Source: Cenococcum geophilum (taxonomy: Eukaryota). From it: a stretch of DNA of 64,000 nt. A program made the position numbers and the translations under genes. Under the pieces are notes generated by a model. The model was not told the DNA's origin. It searched no databases and worked only from the letters and a program-made list of their open reading frames with translations. Of the stretch, positions 15,001 through 25,250 are shown in pieces. Positions within the stretch are counted from its first letter, which is position 1; each line of letters opens with the position of its first letter. The stretch covers positions 7,192,001 through 7,256,000 of the forward strand of contig CP158636.1 of the NCBI GenBank assembly GCA_050273025.1, written 5' to 3'.

Positions 15001-16991
15001 CTTTAAGGATAAAGATAAAGAGAAGGGAGGTGGTGTTACGAACGCTTTAAGTATAATATTATAACTACTTAGAGAAGAGTTAAAGGAAGCTAGTTAGTTA
15101 ATATAAGCACGGTCTAGAATAGAACCCATAGAACTATATAATAAGGAATAGTAAGCAAAGTCACGTAATATAATCTGTGTAATCTATGGGATCTACGAGA
15201 TCTATAATAGAGTGAATAGAGTAGACAGAGCAGATAGAGCAACGACTTTCTTAGGAGTACGGTTGTGTATTTAAGGACCCTTAGTCCCTACCTAGATAGT
15301 TCCTTCCTTATAGTAATTCTTAGAATATAATTAGAGTTAATCTGTTGGGTAACCACTCTACTAGTTATTATTACGTTGTTAACTTACTTACAATACCTAT
15401 ATACCTAGCCCACTAACAAGTCCACCGTAGTTCCTACTACAAGGCTCCGTTATAGCGATAGCTACTATAGATCTATAATCCTACGAGATAAAACCCTAGG
15501 ACTATTAAAACTACTTCTAATACTAAAATGCCCCTAGTAATATATCTTTATAGACTTTTATAAGCTACCTATAAACTATAACAGATATAATATGATTATA
15601 ATTCTAGTTAACCGCTTTGGTAAGCGCCCGTTCTTAATCCTATATTATAAGAATATTAATGCTAAAGAAGCGGTCTAATTATATATCTACTACGTCTACC
15701 AAATCTATGGACCACTAAATACTATTATATCCAATTACGGGCCGTAATTTATATTAGCTTTCTAGAATAAGTTTACCTAGATCTTAGGCATTAAGCTAAA
15801 GCTTTCTATAGTATACTACTCCTAGATAAATAGTTAGATGGAAATTATAAATTAATACTTAGATTAGAGACTTTAGCCCTTTATTAACTACTTTTAAGAT
15901 AACTAGGCTAAACTGCTACCCCTAATAGACTATACCTAAGCGACTCTACCCTACGACTCTACAGGATTTGCCCCTATTTAACTAAAAATAGGCTACTTAC
16001 CCCATATAAGCTTTAACTAGGAAAGACTAGAAGGACCCTAAACCGTACGCGAAAAACTATCTTATAAGGAAGCACGGCAGTACACTAAGCGCTTAAAAAA
16101 AGCCTAGACGATAACCTATATAAATCTAGAAAAGGCCTAGAAATTAATATAATAGTAGGCGAATAAGTATAGGCGAGAGCCTAACTTTACTATAGGAGAT
16201 ATAGTCTAGGTTATAATAAAGAACTAGAAGATAGAATAACCTAGCTATAAGCTAAACTATTAGATAGCAGGACCGTATAAGGTTCTTAAGAAGATAGGCA
16301 ACTTATATAAAGTAAAGCTCCCAGATTCGATTAAGGTTTACTCTATTTTCTCTTTAAATAAACTATAGAAAGCCGTAAACAACCTATTACCTAGATAAAA
16401 GAATAAACCTCCCCTACCAATTTAAGTTAATGGCGATAACAAATAGGAAATTAAAGAAATACTAGCCTATAAGCTTATAAGGGGAACGTTAAAATATTAT
16501 ATTAGTTAGAAAGGGTATAACCTAGACCCTACTTAGTACCCTATATAGAAATTTATAGGTAGTCCCTATAGGCTTTAGGAGTTTTATAGCTATTACCCTA
16601 ATAAACCCAGACTCCTAAAGTACCTTAATAAGTAGATAGAGTGCTAAAATAGCAAAGATAATAAGCTGCCTATTAAGTATAAAGATAAGAATACCTTATG
16701 GATATAATATAGATGTATAAAGCCTAAGGGCAGGCTTTTTCAGAGAGGGCGGGTAATGTTACGGCGCTGGTAGAAACTAGTGGATTGTGGCTAATAGATA
16801 TCAGTAGACTATAGCGGACAGTCGTAGACAGTTTTATATAGTTTTAGATAATTGCCGTTACGTAACTAGAGGATTGTATATAACGTCGGGCGAAGCTACC
16901 ACTATCTCCTTTCCTTTCTCTAGCTTTAGATCCTTGTTTATTGCGCGTCCCTCTTGCCGTACTCATGCCTTAATTAACTAAGTCGCTAACA
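3016..16991 (+). mobile_element. Ty3/Gypsy chromovirus, family A copy 1 (full length, RIP-inactivated)
   Basis: 5' LTR 3016-3319, 3' LTR 16757-16991, PPT agagagggcgggtaa, TSD ATATA (3011-3015/16992-16996). Degenerate gag, RT (gcctatttagataatatt = AYLD(D)I, ~6231), RNase H (ETDA, ~6675), integrase and chromodomain (~16440-16560). Confidence 0.95.
7449..15454 (+). mobile_element. Ty3/Gypsy chromovirus, family B copy 1 (8.0 kb, nested in the A1 integrase)
   Basis: 421-bp LTRs at 7449-7869 and 15034-15454, PPT agagaagggaggtgg, TSD GCAAT/GCGAT (a single gcaat at the empty site in A2, ~45503). Gag zinc knuckle ~8910-8955, RT YL(D)D ~12020, chromodomain YEVK..GYNETT.E ~14210. Confidence 0.95.
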
Positions 16992-18014
16992 ATATATAGC
17001 AAAGTAGATATTATTAAGCTATATATATAAACTGTATAAAGAGGTTAAAACGTTACGTAAGGAAAGAAGGTAAAAAGACGGGAAGAAAGAGTATATATCG
17101 TTAACTTAGTTGCTTAGTTAATACGTACATGGAGTAAAATAGGATTTAGGTCCTAGTAGAACTTGGCAGGATTTGGGTTCTGGCAGAACTTAGCAGGATT
17201 TAGTAGAACTTAGCGGAATATAGCAGAATACGGTAGATTGCCGTTAGATTACTATAGATTGCGGCAAATTGCGGTCTTGTAGTCGGTTTTTAATTGCTAA
17301 GTTGGTAGAAACAGGTAGACGTGTATAATGTGTCACGGGGGTGTCCTATAACACTCTAGTTGTTCCTTACTTTATATTTAAGGGTATTCTTTAGCTAGTT
17401 TATTATTATTATTTTTTATATTATCTCTTATCTTTAAAGCCTTAGCTTTTTATATGTTTTCTTTTTATTGCCTTTAGCTAGTAATAAGGGTTATATATTA
17501 TATAGACTATATATACTATATATAAAGGCTTAGCTTTAATATTGGATAATATTCTTTAAGCGTATTTATTATTACTGTCTAAATCCCGTTTAGCCTTTAG
17601 TTAATTTCTTTAAAGGTAGCTAGTATAACACCCTTGTTTAGTATTAGGCGAATTTCTTAAAGGTTTTAGAGTTATTACTTAACTATATTAAGCTTCTTTA
17701 TTATAAATCTCTTACTATTAGGTTATATTTTAGTATATAAATCTAGTTATTATTCAGCACTATAGACATCGGCATTGGCGGGGTTTCTATTCTTCGCGAA
17801 CACACTAGTACCATACAATAGGGCTCTACCTAACTCCATGGCTATCTTGTTATTTAACCTTATAAAGAAGCCGTAATTTATCACAAACCTCGTTCAAAAT
17901 GAAAACCGATGCGAGGGAATATCGAAGAAATCGAAGAAACCGGGAATCATCCCCTGAAGTCATGTCGAAGCACATTGACAACACATTCCGCGAATAATTC
18001 TCCACTCGCCCGTC

Positions 18015-18533
18015 TTACTTCCTCTCCTTACAAAGATGAAAGAATCCTTTATTTGTGTTCATTGTCTGTAGGTCTCCATTATGACACATAACACCTTTGA
18101 GCCTCTTGTTCTGATTAGTGACAGTACGGAAAGGCCCAGGGCTCCCCTTTGGCTTGCTGTTAAAGTTGTAACCATTCCCATCTCTCTGCACAGGGTATTC
18201 ATAGAGACTGGTAGTACTGCTGGCAACGCTGGTAGCGCTGGAGGTGCTCCTGCTACCGCTGTTGCTATTTTTGGTATCTGAGCGTTTGAAAAGACCACCC
18301 TTGTCTTTGTATCGGTGGGGATAGCCAGATTTTCCAGTCTCTCTTGGATTCGGAGCCTTATCCAGTTATGCTCTGACTGCATTCTCAGGGATTCTGTTCA
18401 AATCGCTCTTCGGATTCTTCCCCTTGGTCTGCGCGGTAAGGACCGCATTATGAGCTACATAGGCCTGTTGTGTCTGTTAATGTTTTTTTTTTTTCGCCTG
18501 GTCATGAATGCTTACGTTTGCATTACCATTCAT
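18015..18533 (-). pseudogene. Ribotoxin (alpha-sarcin)/RNase T1-like ribonuclease, 155 codons, no signal peptide, one premature stop
   Basis: Exon 1 18533-18516 (MNGNAN), 51-bp GTAAGC..TTAAC..CAG intron 18515-18465, exon 2 18464-18015. Translation: ...KNPK...APNPRETGKSGYPHRY...LYEYPVQRDGNGYNFNSKPKGSPGPFRTV...LKGVMCH...FFHLCKERK*. All four catalytic positions (H, E, R, H) are present. In-frame TAA at 18368-18366 (codon 39). Confidence 0.82.
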
Positions 18534-19492
18534 TGCTTCTATTGCCTTTTATTTACTCTTGCTAACGGAGGAGACTTAACAAAACTCGAGTCAGATGCGT
18601 AAATCAAGCTTGCTTGTACTAGAATCGTTTCTCAGCACGAAACTAGGATTCTGTAGTGTATATAGGGGATAAGACTAGGATGGGAGAAGGGAGGATTGAT
18701 AATCCTTAAAACTTACTGCGTCGCGGGACAGATCGATTTCTAAATCCGGACAATAAGAGCTGTGTCGATAGGATGTCTAGCAAAAGGAACCCGATCGATG
18801 CGGGCATACACCAGTGTGAGCCAATGACTCTACTCATTTTTAGTTTCCCAACACTTCCAAAATCACACCCAAAATCACCAAGACTCACCCTTTTTGACTT
18901 TAATTTTCTCCACTACCACACTATGGTAAATTATAAAATTTAATCCATGCTTAAATAAGTATTATCTTTAAAATAATTTAAAGTTGTTTTAAAAAAAGCT
19001 TAAGAAATTAAAAAAGTTTTATTTAAGCTAAAAACTAAAAGACTTTTGTTTTTTAGGTCTCGCTAAGAAATTGAAAGTGCTCATCTGACTCTTCGACCCA
19101 CAACTGGGCGTTCATCTGGTGAATGGGCTGTCTGTGTCAGAAATTAGCGATGAGGTGCTGACTAAGCTCTGGACACCTTGCGAGGTCAAGCTCTGCATGC
19201 AATCTAGATAGACATCAACCGCATCTACTGCATCACGAATCAATCAATATTCATCGTCTGCGTCATCTCTATCATCAATTAGACCCTCAAGACACCTCCG
19301 CTGTGACCTTATGACCTTGTAATTCCAACAGTCTGCCTGGCGTATATGGGCGAATGTAGCCAACCAGCCAAGAGTGGTCCTTCAATTACCCCACCCCGCA
19401 AATTCTCGGGCTGCTCTAACTTCATCTTGAATAAGAATTCGTATAACCTACGAGAACGATGATTTCGGACATGAAATCTTGATACACACACC

Positions 19493-20514
19493 ATGGCCTC
19501 GCTCAATTTATACCTCAAATCATTACAGGACCCGGATCCGTGGATTATTGAACAAAAGGTCTTCGATGCTCTGAACCACTATCTTCAGCCTGACAGCATA
19601 GTCTCTCCAGAATCGGCGGCCATGGCTATTGACAACCTGACTCCGATGAAACGAAGAGCTGTACAAGAAGCTGGGGAAGATGTTGAGGAGCCGGAAGGCT
19701 TTCTCTTGGAACTTTCTTGCATCTTCATCGAAATCGCGAAGCAAATACCGCATGATCACCCGTCCCAGGAAAGATATATTCAATTTTTCAAAGATCTAAG
19801 CTCATTACCACCAACCACTATTACCGCTAACGATGTACATGAGATTAGGTTTCAACTACTCTCGCGACTTGTATATGCTAATCTCAATCTGCAGGGATAC
19901 AATATATGTTTCTGGACTGGCCTTCCAACACTAGATACGACTTTGGAAGAAGCTTGGCTCGGTATGCATTTTTTTCATACAGATAATGTCAAAACTGACT
20001 TGCTTGTCAAGAACCAAAAGAAGAGGACGATACTTTTGAACCGTTTCACCAATGGGTCAATCTGAATTGCTTTGCCGCTCGCCTTCTAGCCTCTGGACTC
20101 GTTAATTGGGTTCATTTTGCTATTTGGTCGCTCAGAGATGCGCTAGAGTGCCGGCCACCCAAGTCTCGGGATTTCTGCGAATTTCGTATCATTGCCGCGG
20201 CGCAGTGGATTGAGTATAGCAGTTCTAAACTCCTGAGGAGACTGGATGAGGATGGTGATGACGATGACGATGAGGCTCTAAAACGAGTGACAGCTGCAGG
20301 TCCTCTGTATAAAGGCAAGCCTGGCCTTTGCCCGGAAAGGTGGTTGTTCTGGAAGGAAAGATTTCGTTCTATTGCGCGGGAGGTTGATTCGGAGGAGATC
20401 AAGAGTTGCGCTACTAATGCAGCGAATGCGATGGATCTTGAGGAACAAAAGGCAAACCAACAAACAAGCGAGCACACTAAGCAGCTTGGACATTCTGACG
20501 CCGGTCCGCAGTAA
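19493..20514 (+). CDS. DUF3632-family fungal protein, 303 aa, 3 exons
   Basis: Exons 19493-19834, 19895-19961, 20012-20514 (912 nt, in frame). GT..AG introns with GCTAAT and ACTGAC branch sites. Motifs IAKQIPHDHPSQ, WVNLNCFAARL, AIWSLRDALE, AAAQWI and GPLYKGKPGLCPERWLFWKERF are typical of DUF3632. Confidence 0.88.
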
Positions 20515-20681
20515 CCAGTCGGGATTCATAGCAGCGATGAAGGCAAGGAAGATGGTACCGTGGGAGGATTTCCTGCGCATGCAAGCTAGCTTAGGTACAT
20601 GTAGTCTTACAAGAACCTCTGCTTCTTTGGACACGCTACCCCGGAGATTAATCCACTACCTATTCTGTCGACCTGAATCGG

Positions 20682-22162
20682 AGTTACTTATTACCGTCTT
20701 ACCCTTGACTCGGTCACCGACTCGGTCACCGACCTAGTCTACACCTTCATGTAACGTCAAGCACCGGGAAGCGAGACACTCTTAGCCTAACTTATAACTT
20801 TAATAACTTTGGTAATATTATTCTTAAATAAAACATAAAATATATTTATATAAACTATTATATTAGTAAAATTATATTTAGGCCAAAAAATAAAAGAATT
20901 TTTTTATTTTTATTTTAATAAAATTATTTAAAAAAGGCAATATATATTATATTATATTATATTATAGTAATTTCTTAACTTAGTGTTATATATTAATATT
21001 TATATTTATTTATTATATTTTTAATATATTACAACAGTTTGCTAATTACAAATATAATAATAATCTCTATATAAAAAATTATTATTATATATATAAATAT
21101 ATTTTAGAAAAAACATTCAAAAAATAAAAACACTATCACTATAAAAATATAGCTTTTATATCCTATTCTTAATACTTTTATATTTTTTTAATGTATAGAC
21201 TAAGTAAGATTAGTCAATAAAAGCATAGTTTATAAAATTTACAAAGTTTTATTATATTAAATATTAAATAAAGTAATATACATAATTTTATATATAAATA
21301 GCATTATTTATATTTTTATAACGTTACCTATATATAGTTGTAATATTAAATAATAAAAAATCCGAAAAAACCATATAAAATATTACTAAAATATATAAGT
21401 ATTTTGAATATTCTAAATATTCTAAATATTTTATAAAATATATTATTTTTATACCTATAATATTAATATAATAATAATATTATTATTATTATTTATCATT
21501 AATATATATTACTGTTATTTAAAAATGCTATTTTATTAATATTTAATACTTATTATACTATTATACTATTTTCTAATTACTTAAACTTTTTATAATATAT
21601 ATATTATATATATATGTATTACACTGTTATTACACTATTATTATAATTTTTTATAAATATACATATTATTATAAAATTGTTTAAAAATAAAAAAATGTTA
21701 TAAATAATTGTAAGTATAAGTATAACATATAAGTATACTGTATAATTTTTAATTTAATTTAATTTTTAATAAATTTTTATATTAATAGCATTAATATATA
21801 TTAAATTTATATATAGAAAAGATTTATCACAAATATTTAAATATATATAAAATATAAAAAGTATAAAAATATATACTTTTAACTAGTAAATAGTTTATTT
21901 ATTACTAATTTTGGTATAAACTTAGTAAACTTATTAAAATCCAAACATATATATTATTTTATTATTTTATTTTATAAATTTATTTAATATATATTATATT
22001 ATTATATTACAAATTTATTTTATTAAATTATTTGTTAAGGCGGTGTTATTTAAAGATAAAGGGTGTCTCGCTTGGGGGGGTGTCTCGCTTCCTGGGGTCC
22101 CACGTTATAAATAGTCTCTTTTCTTCATAGATCAATCTACACACGAGTCCTTCTTTCTTACA
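20682..22162 (+). mobile_element. Short solo LTR (~127 bp; 20682-20753 + 22108-22162) split by a pogo element
   Basis: agttac...cttaca termini and TSD ATCGG at 20677-20681 and 22163-22167. Internal cccttgactcggtcaccgac resembles the reverse complement of the solo LTR at 25073-25250. Confidence 0.7.
20754..22105. mobile_element. Tc1/mariner (pogo/Fot1-like) DNA transposon relic, extremely RIPped
   Basis: Imperfect TIRs acgtcaagcaccgggaagcgagacac and (reverse complement) acgtgggaccccaggaagcgagacac, TA TSD on both sides. Interior almost entirely A/T. Confidence 0.88.
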
Positions 22163-23368
22163 ATCGGTGCACGGACTACCGATCGACATATTCCGATCCC
22201 CTGGGTATGCTTAATTTCATTTTGGCTTGCAGTTCAGGTCACTTCATTGGCTATAATTGGCATGCGAAGGTCTTTCAGGCAAACGTAGCGGCCCTGGGCC
22301 CTTAATAGTCAGGAGCCTTGGCTGGATTATGTATGGGTGCCTCCTCGCATCTTACCTTTTTCCACTTCAAGAGTCTTTTCACCTAGAGCAGCATATTGCT
22401 ACTCCCGCCCCCTCCATCAGGAGGCTTAAATGCACCGTCGCAGCGTTGCTGAAAGAGCCCGACCTGAATCGACATCATACGCTACCGGGTCACACATTCG
22501 TTCTAGGGAGACGAAACTCTTCAAGCTCCTCTAGATCAGCAATTGTGTTAAATTTATAAGCTATATTGTATATAGAATCTAAACTAAAGTCTTTAGCACT
22601 AGTTCAAATTAGGAGCTTAAAGCTCTATCTTTAAACTCTAGATTAAATCTGTTAACACGCGACGTAGAGTATACTTCACTTAAGTCCTTAGTGGCCTTTT
22701 ACTAGGTACTCTTTCGCAGGATTGAGTTTAGTATAGATAAAAGTTATAGAAATAACTTAACAATACTTGTATATAATGTGTATACTAACCAATACTAATT
22801 ACTTAATATTACTTTAAGTTAACTATAAGGATTTTATCTAAGTGTGGAAATAACTATACTTAAATATTTATCTAATGCTATATAAGTAAAAACATCTACA
22901 GTTTCTAAACCTAGTGGGATTAGCTTACTTAATTATCTAATTATCTTAATCTATCTAATTTAATATCTTCCTAGCTTACCTAGCTTAGTTATTTATATTA
23001 CCTAAAGAATATAGCCTATTTACTTAGGTCTCTAATTTTATTAGTATCTTAACTTATATAACTCTTCTTATCCTTTATAGCCTTAGGCTTTAAAAGTTTT
23101 AGTTTTAATTTAGCCTTTACTTATTCTAGCTCTACTATTTAAATTAAATTATCTTACTCTTTTAGCCTTTCCCTATTTGAGTATTTTTTTCTATATTGCC
23201 TGTACTAATACCTATACCTATTCTTAATATATTATAATACTATCCTCTACCCCTTAAAGATTTGGCATAAAACGTTTTTTATATAAACTAGTATTAAATA
23301 AAAGGTCTACCCTATCTATATAGCTTTTATTAGCTATTATATAAAATTCCATTTCCTTTATTATATCT

Positions 23369-23478
23369 ATTATTATTATTAATTCTATTTATTGCCCGAT
23401 TTGGTCCCTTTTTTAGGTCTATATAGGCTTCTACCATCTATTTATAGGAAAAATCCCTATAAGGAGAAAACCTAGGTA
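23369..23478 (-). mobile_element. 3' end of a Tad1-like LINE with (TAA)n tail
   Basis: Close match to 41241-41350 (tattattattaattctatttattgcccgat...aaaacctagg). Confidence 0.8.
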
Positions 23479-23597
23479 TTACGGACCTTATATTAGTAGT
23501 ATAACTATTAAGGAGAGATATAAACGGGTTAGTGGGCTCGATGAAATCGGCCTCTATACCTCCACGCGGTGGAGCCCGGGAACCTGGCAGTTACTAT

Positions 23598-24474
23598 TGA
23601 TGTTCCGTTTGGATCGTGTTAATAGACTACTAGAGCAAACGCAGAGACGTGTGTACGGCTACGCAGCGCCTACGCAGCGACGTGGTGGTGGTGGTGTGAA
23701 ATTTTTTTACTGGGGGGTGAGCCCCAGCAAAAAGTTTGAATATAGCTACCACGTCTATTATACACGTTCGGTTATTCGAATCGACAAGCAATTATCCCTC
23801 CGGCGTACCCCCTCCCTCCTACAAATACTATATACACCGCATAGCAACCACATATATACGCAAACAATCCGCTCCCTAAGCGTAGCAGAGGCCCCCCATT
23901 TTAATATTACCTGGTAACCTAGGTATCTAGTTATAGGGACTGGTCCCCCTATTAAATACTAGAGCGTCCTCCTATACCTTATAAATAGGTGCAAGGGCCT
24001 AGGTTTAGGCCCTAGGGTAAAAGCGATACCAAGTTATATATACCCCGTTGTAGAAACCTTTTAGTAAAGGAATGGGTAAGAGACCTTAGCATGCAGGCCC
24101 AGGCGGAGCGCAAGCGTTATTATTAGGAGATATTCACAGGAGACTTGGAAAAGGAGCTAGGGATAGGCACATAACTTTATATAGGCAATACCCAGACGTA
24201 GCAAAAATAGTTTAAGTGGCAGACGGGGCAAGATAGGTACTTTAGATACTCCCGCGCAAGGGGGTCTCAAAGCAGTAACCTGATGGTGTTTTTCTTCTCC
24301 CGTTAATGTAATACGGATGCTATCTGGAAGTATTACCTCTTACGTTTCCCCTGGAGGTTTTTTGTTCACCTAAAATGGGTTTTCTTAATGTAATATAAGC
24401 TTTTCCCATAGGAATTAGTCTGTGTAGACCCATTAGGGGGACCGGGTCGGACGGTAAATTGAATCTACTACTAT
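23598..24474 (+). mobile_element. Non-autonomous SINE-like retroposon with (TAC)n tail
   Basis: Ends in gaatctactactat. Shares collinear motifs with the element at 32877-33890 (tagagc..agagacgt, gtgaaatttttt, aagggcctag, tagtctg.gtag). The 5' boundary is approximate. Confidence 0.6.
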
Positions 24475-25072
24475 AAATGGGTTGGTTACGATAGTACGGG
24501 AAGCGCTAAAACCAATCAAGCTATAGAATAAGAGGTAGATAAGTTACATAGCTAGTTATATTATAGGTTTAAAACATAGAAATATAGAAATGTAAGGACG
24601 GGCGCAATATACTAATATACTATTATGCCCAAGCCCAACCCACTCGACTATATAAACTAAAAAGATAGTAATAGTGTCTTGTAACTGGACGGATGCTAGT
24701 TAGAATGCCTTATAAGCTCTCTAGCCTATACCTACTATATAGGTAGCGTAAGGTCGTAATATATACTAATATACTAATATACTAAGTACATTTCCTAGGC
24801 GCGGTATTATATATTTAAAGGAATATAGGCTAATACTATACGCAAGGGCTAGGCCTTAAGAAAAATATATAGCTTAATCTATAATAGATTTATATACTAT
24901 ACCGCCCCCAGACTACCTATATTACGCTACCCGCACTAAAGACTTAAAAAGTTAGTAGTAATTAACCTAAGTCCCCTATAGAGGACTTAGGCCCTACACA
25001 GCTATAAAAAAGGCTAGGAATACTAGACGCTATACTAAACTAATAAACCGAAAGGATAACTTATAGAAAATG

Positions 25073-25250
25073 TATAAGCTTTGCAGTGTGTAGGATTAAA
25101 CGAGCAACTTAATTGTAAATCTATAAAAATCAAGTGATATAAATATATATAGACTGAGTTAGTGACCGAGCTAAGGGCTAGGCAACTAAAATAAGGTGGT
25201 ACGCTAGTGAGACAAATGACGTTTTGATATAGTACTGGTAGTTGGTTACA
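25073..25250. mobile_element. Solo LTR, 178 bp
   Basis: tataagc...ggttaca termini with TSD AAATG on both sides. A1 lacks this insert at the homologous site (~5400). Confidence 0.85.

Larger units (their letters stand above)
2983..17353. mobile_element. Solo LTR (~390 bp; 2983-3015 + 16997-17353) split by Gypsy A1
   Basis: Starts tattacgg (RIPped TGTTAC) and ends cctataaca. Identical 5-bp TSD CTCTA at 2978-2982 and 17354-17358. Confidence 0.8.

Noticed and set aside
17909..18602. Track ORFs 17909-18091, 18059-18382, 18081-18281 and 18315-18602
   Set aside because: They are alternative-frame or antisense shadows of the spliced RNase-like gene and have no recognisable motifs.
18810..19110. Possible Tc1-like deletion derivative between the two island genes (ccagtgtgag... 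/ ...cacaactgg, AT-rich core)
   Set aside because: The TIR match is weak and there is no TA TSD, so it is not supportable.
19493..20065. 190-aa ORF as a complete protein
   Set aside because: It reads through two introns; the spliced 303-aa model restores the family motifs.
23477..24830. Further LTR candidates starting tattacgg (23477) and tgtaagg (~24591)
   Set aside because: I found no matching end or TSD.
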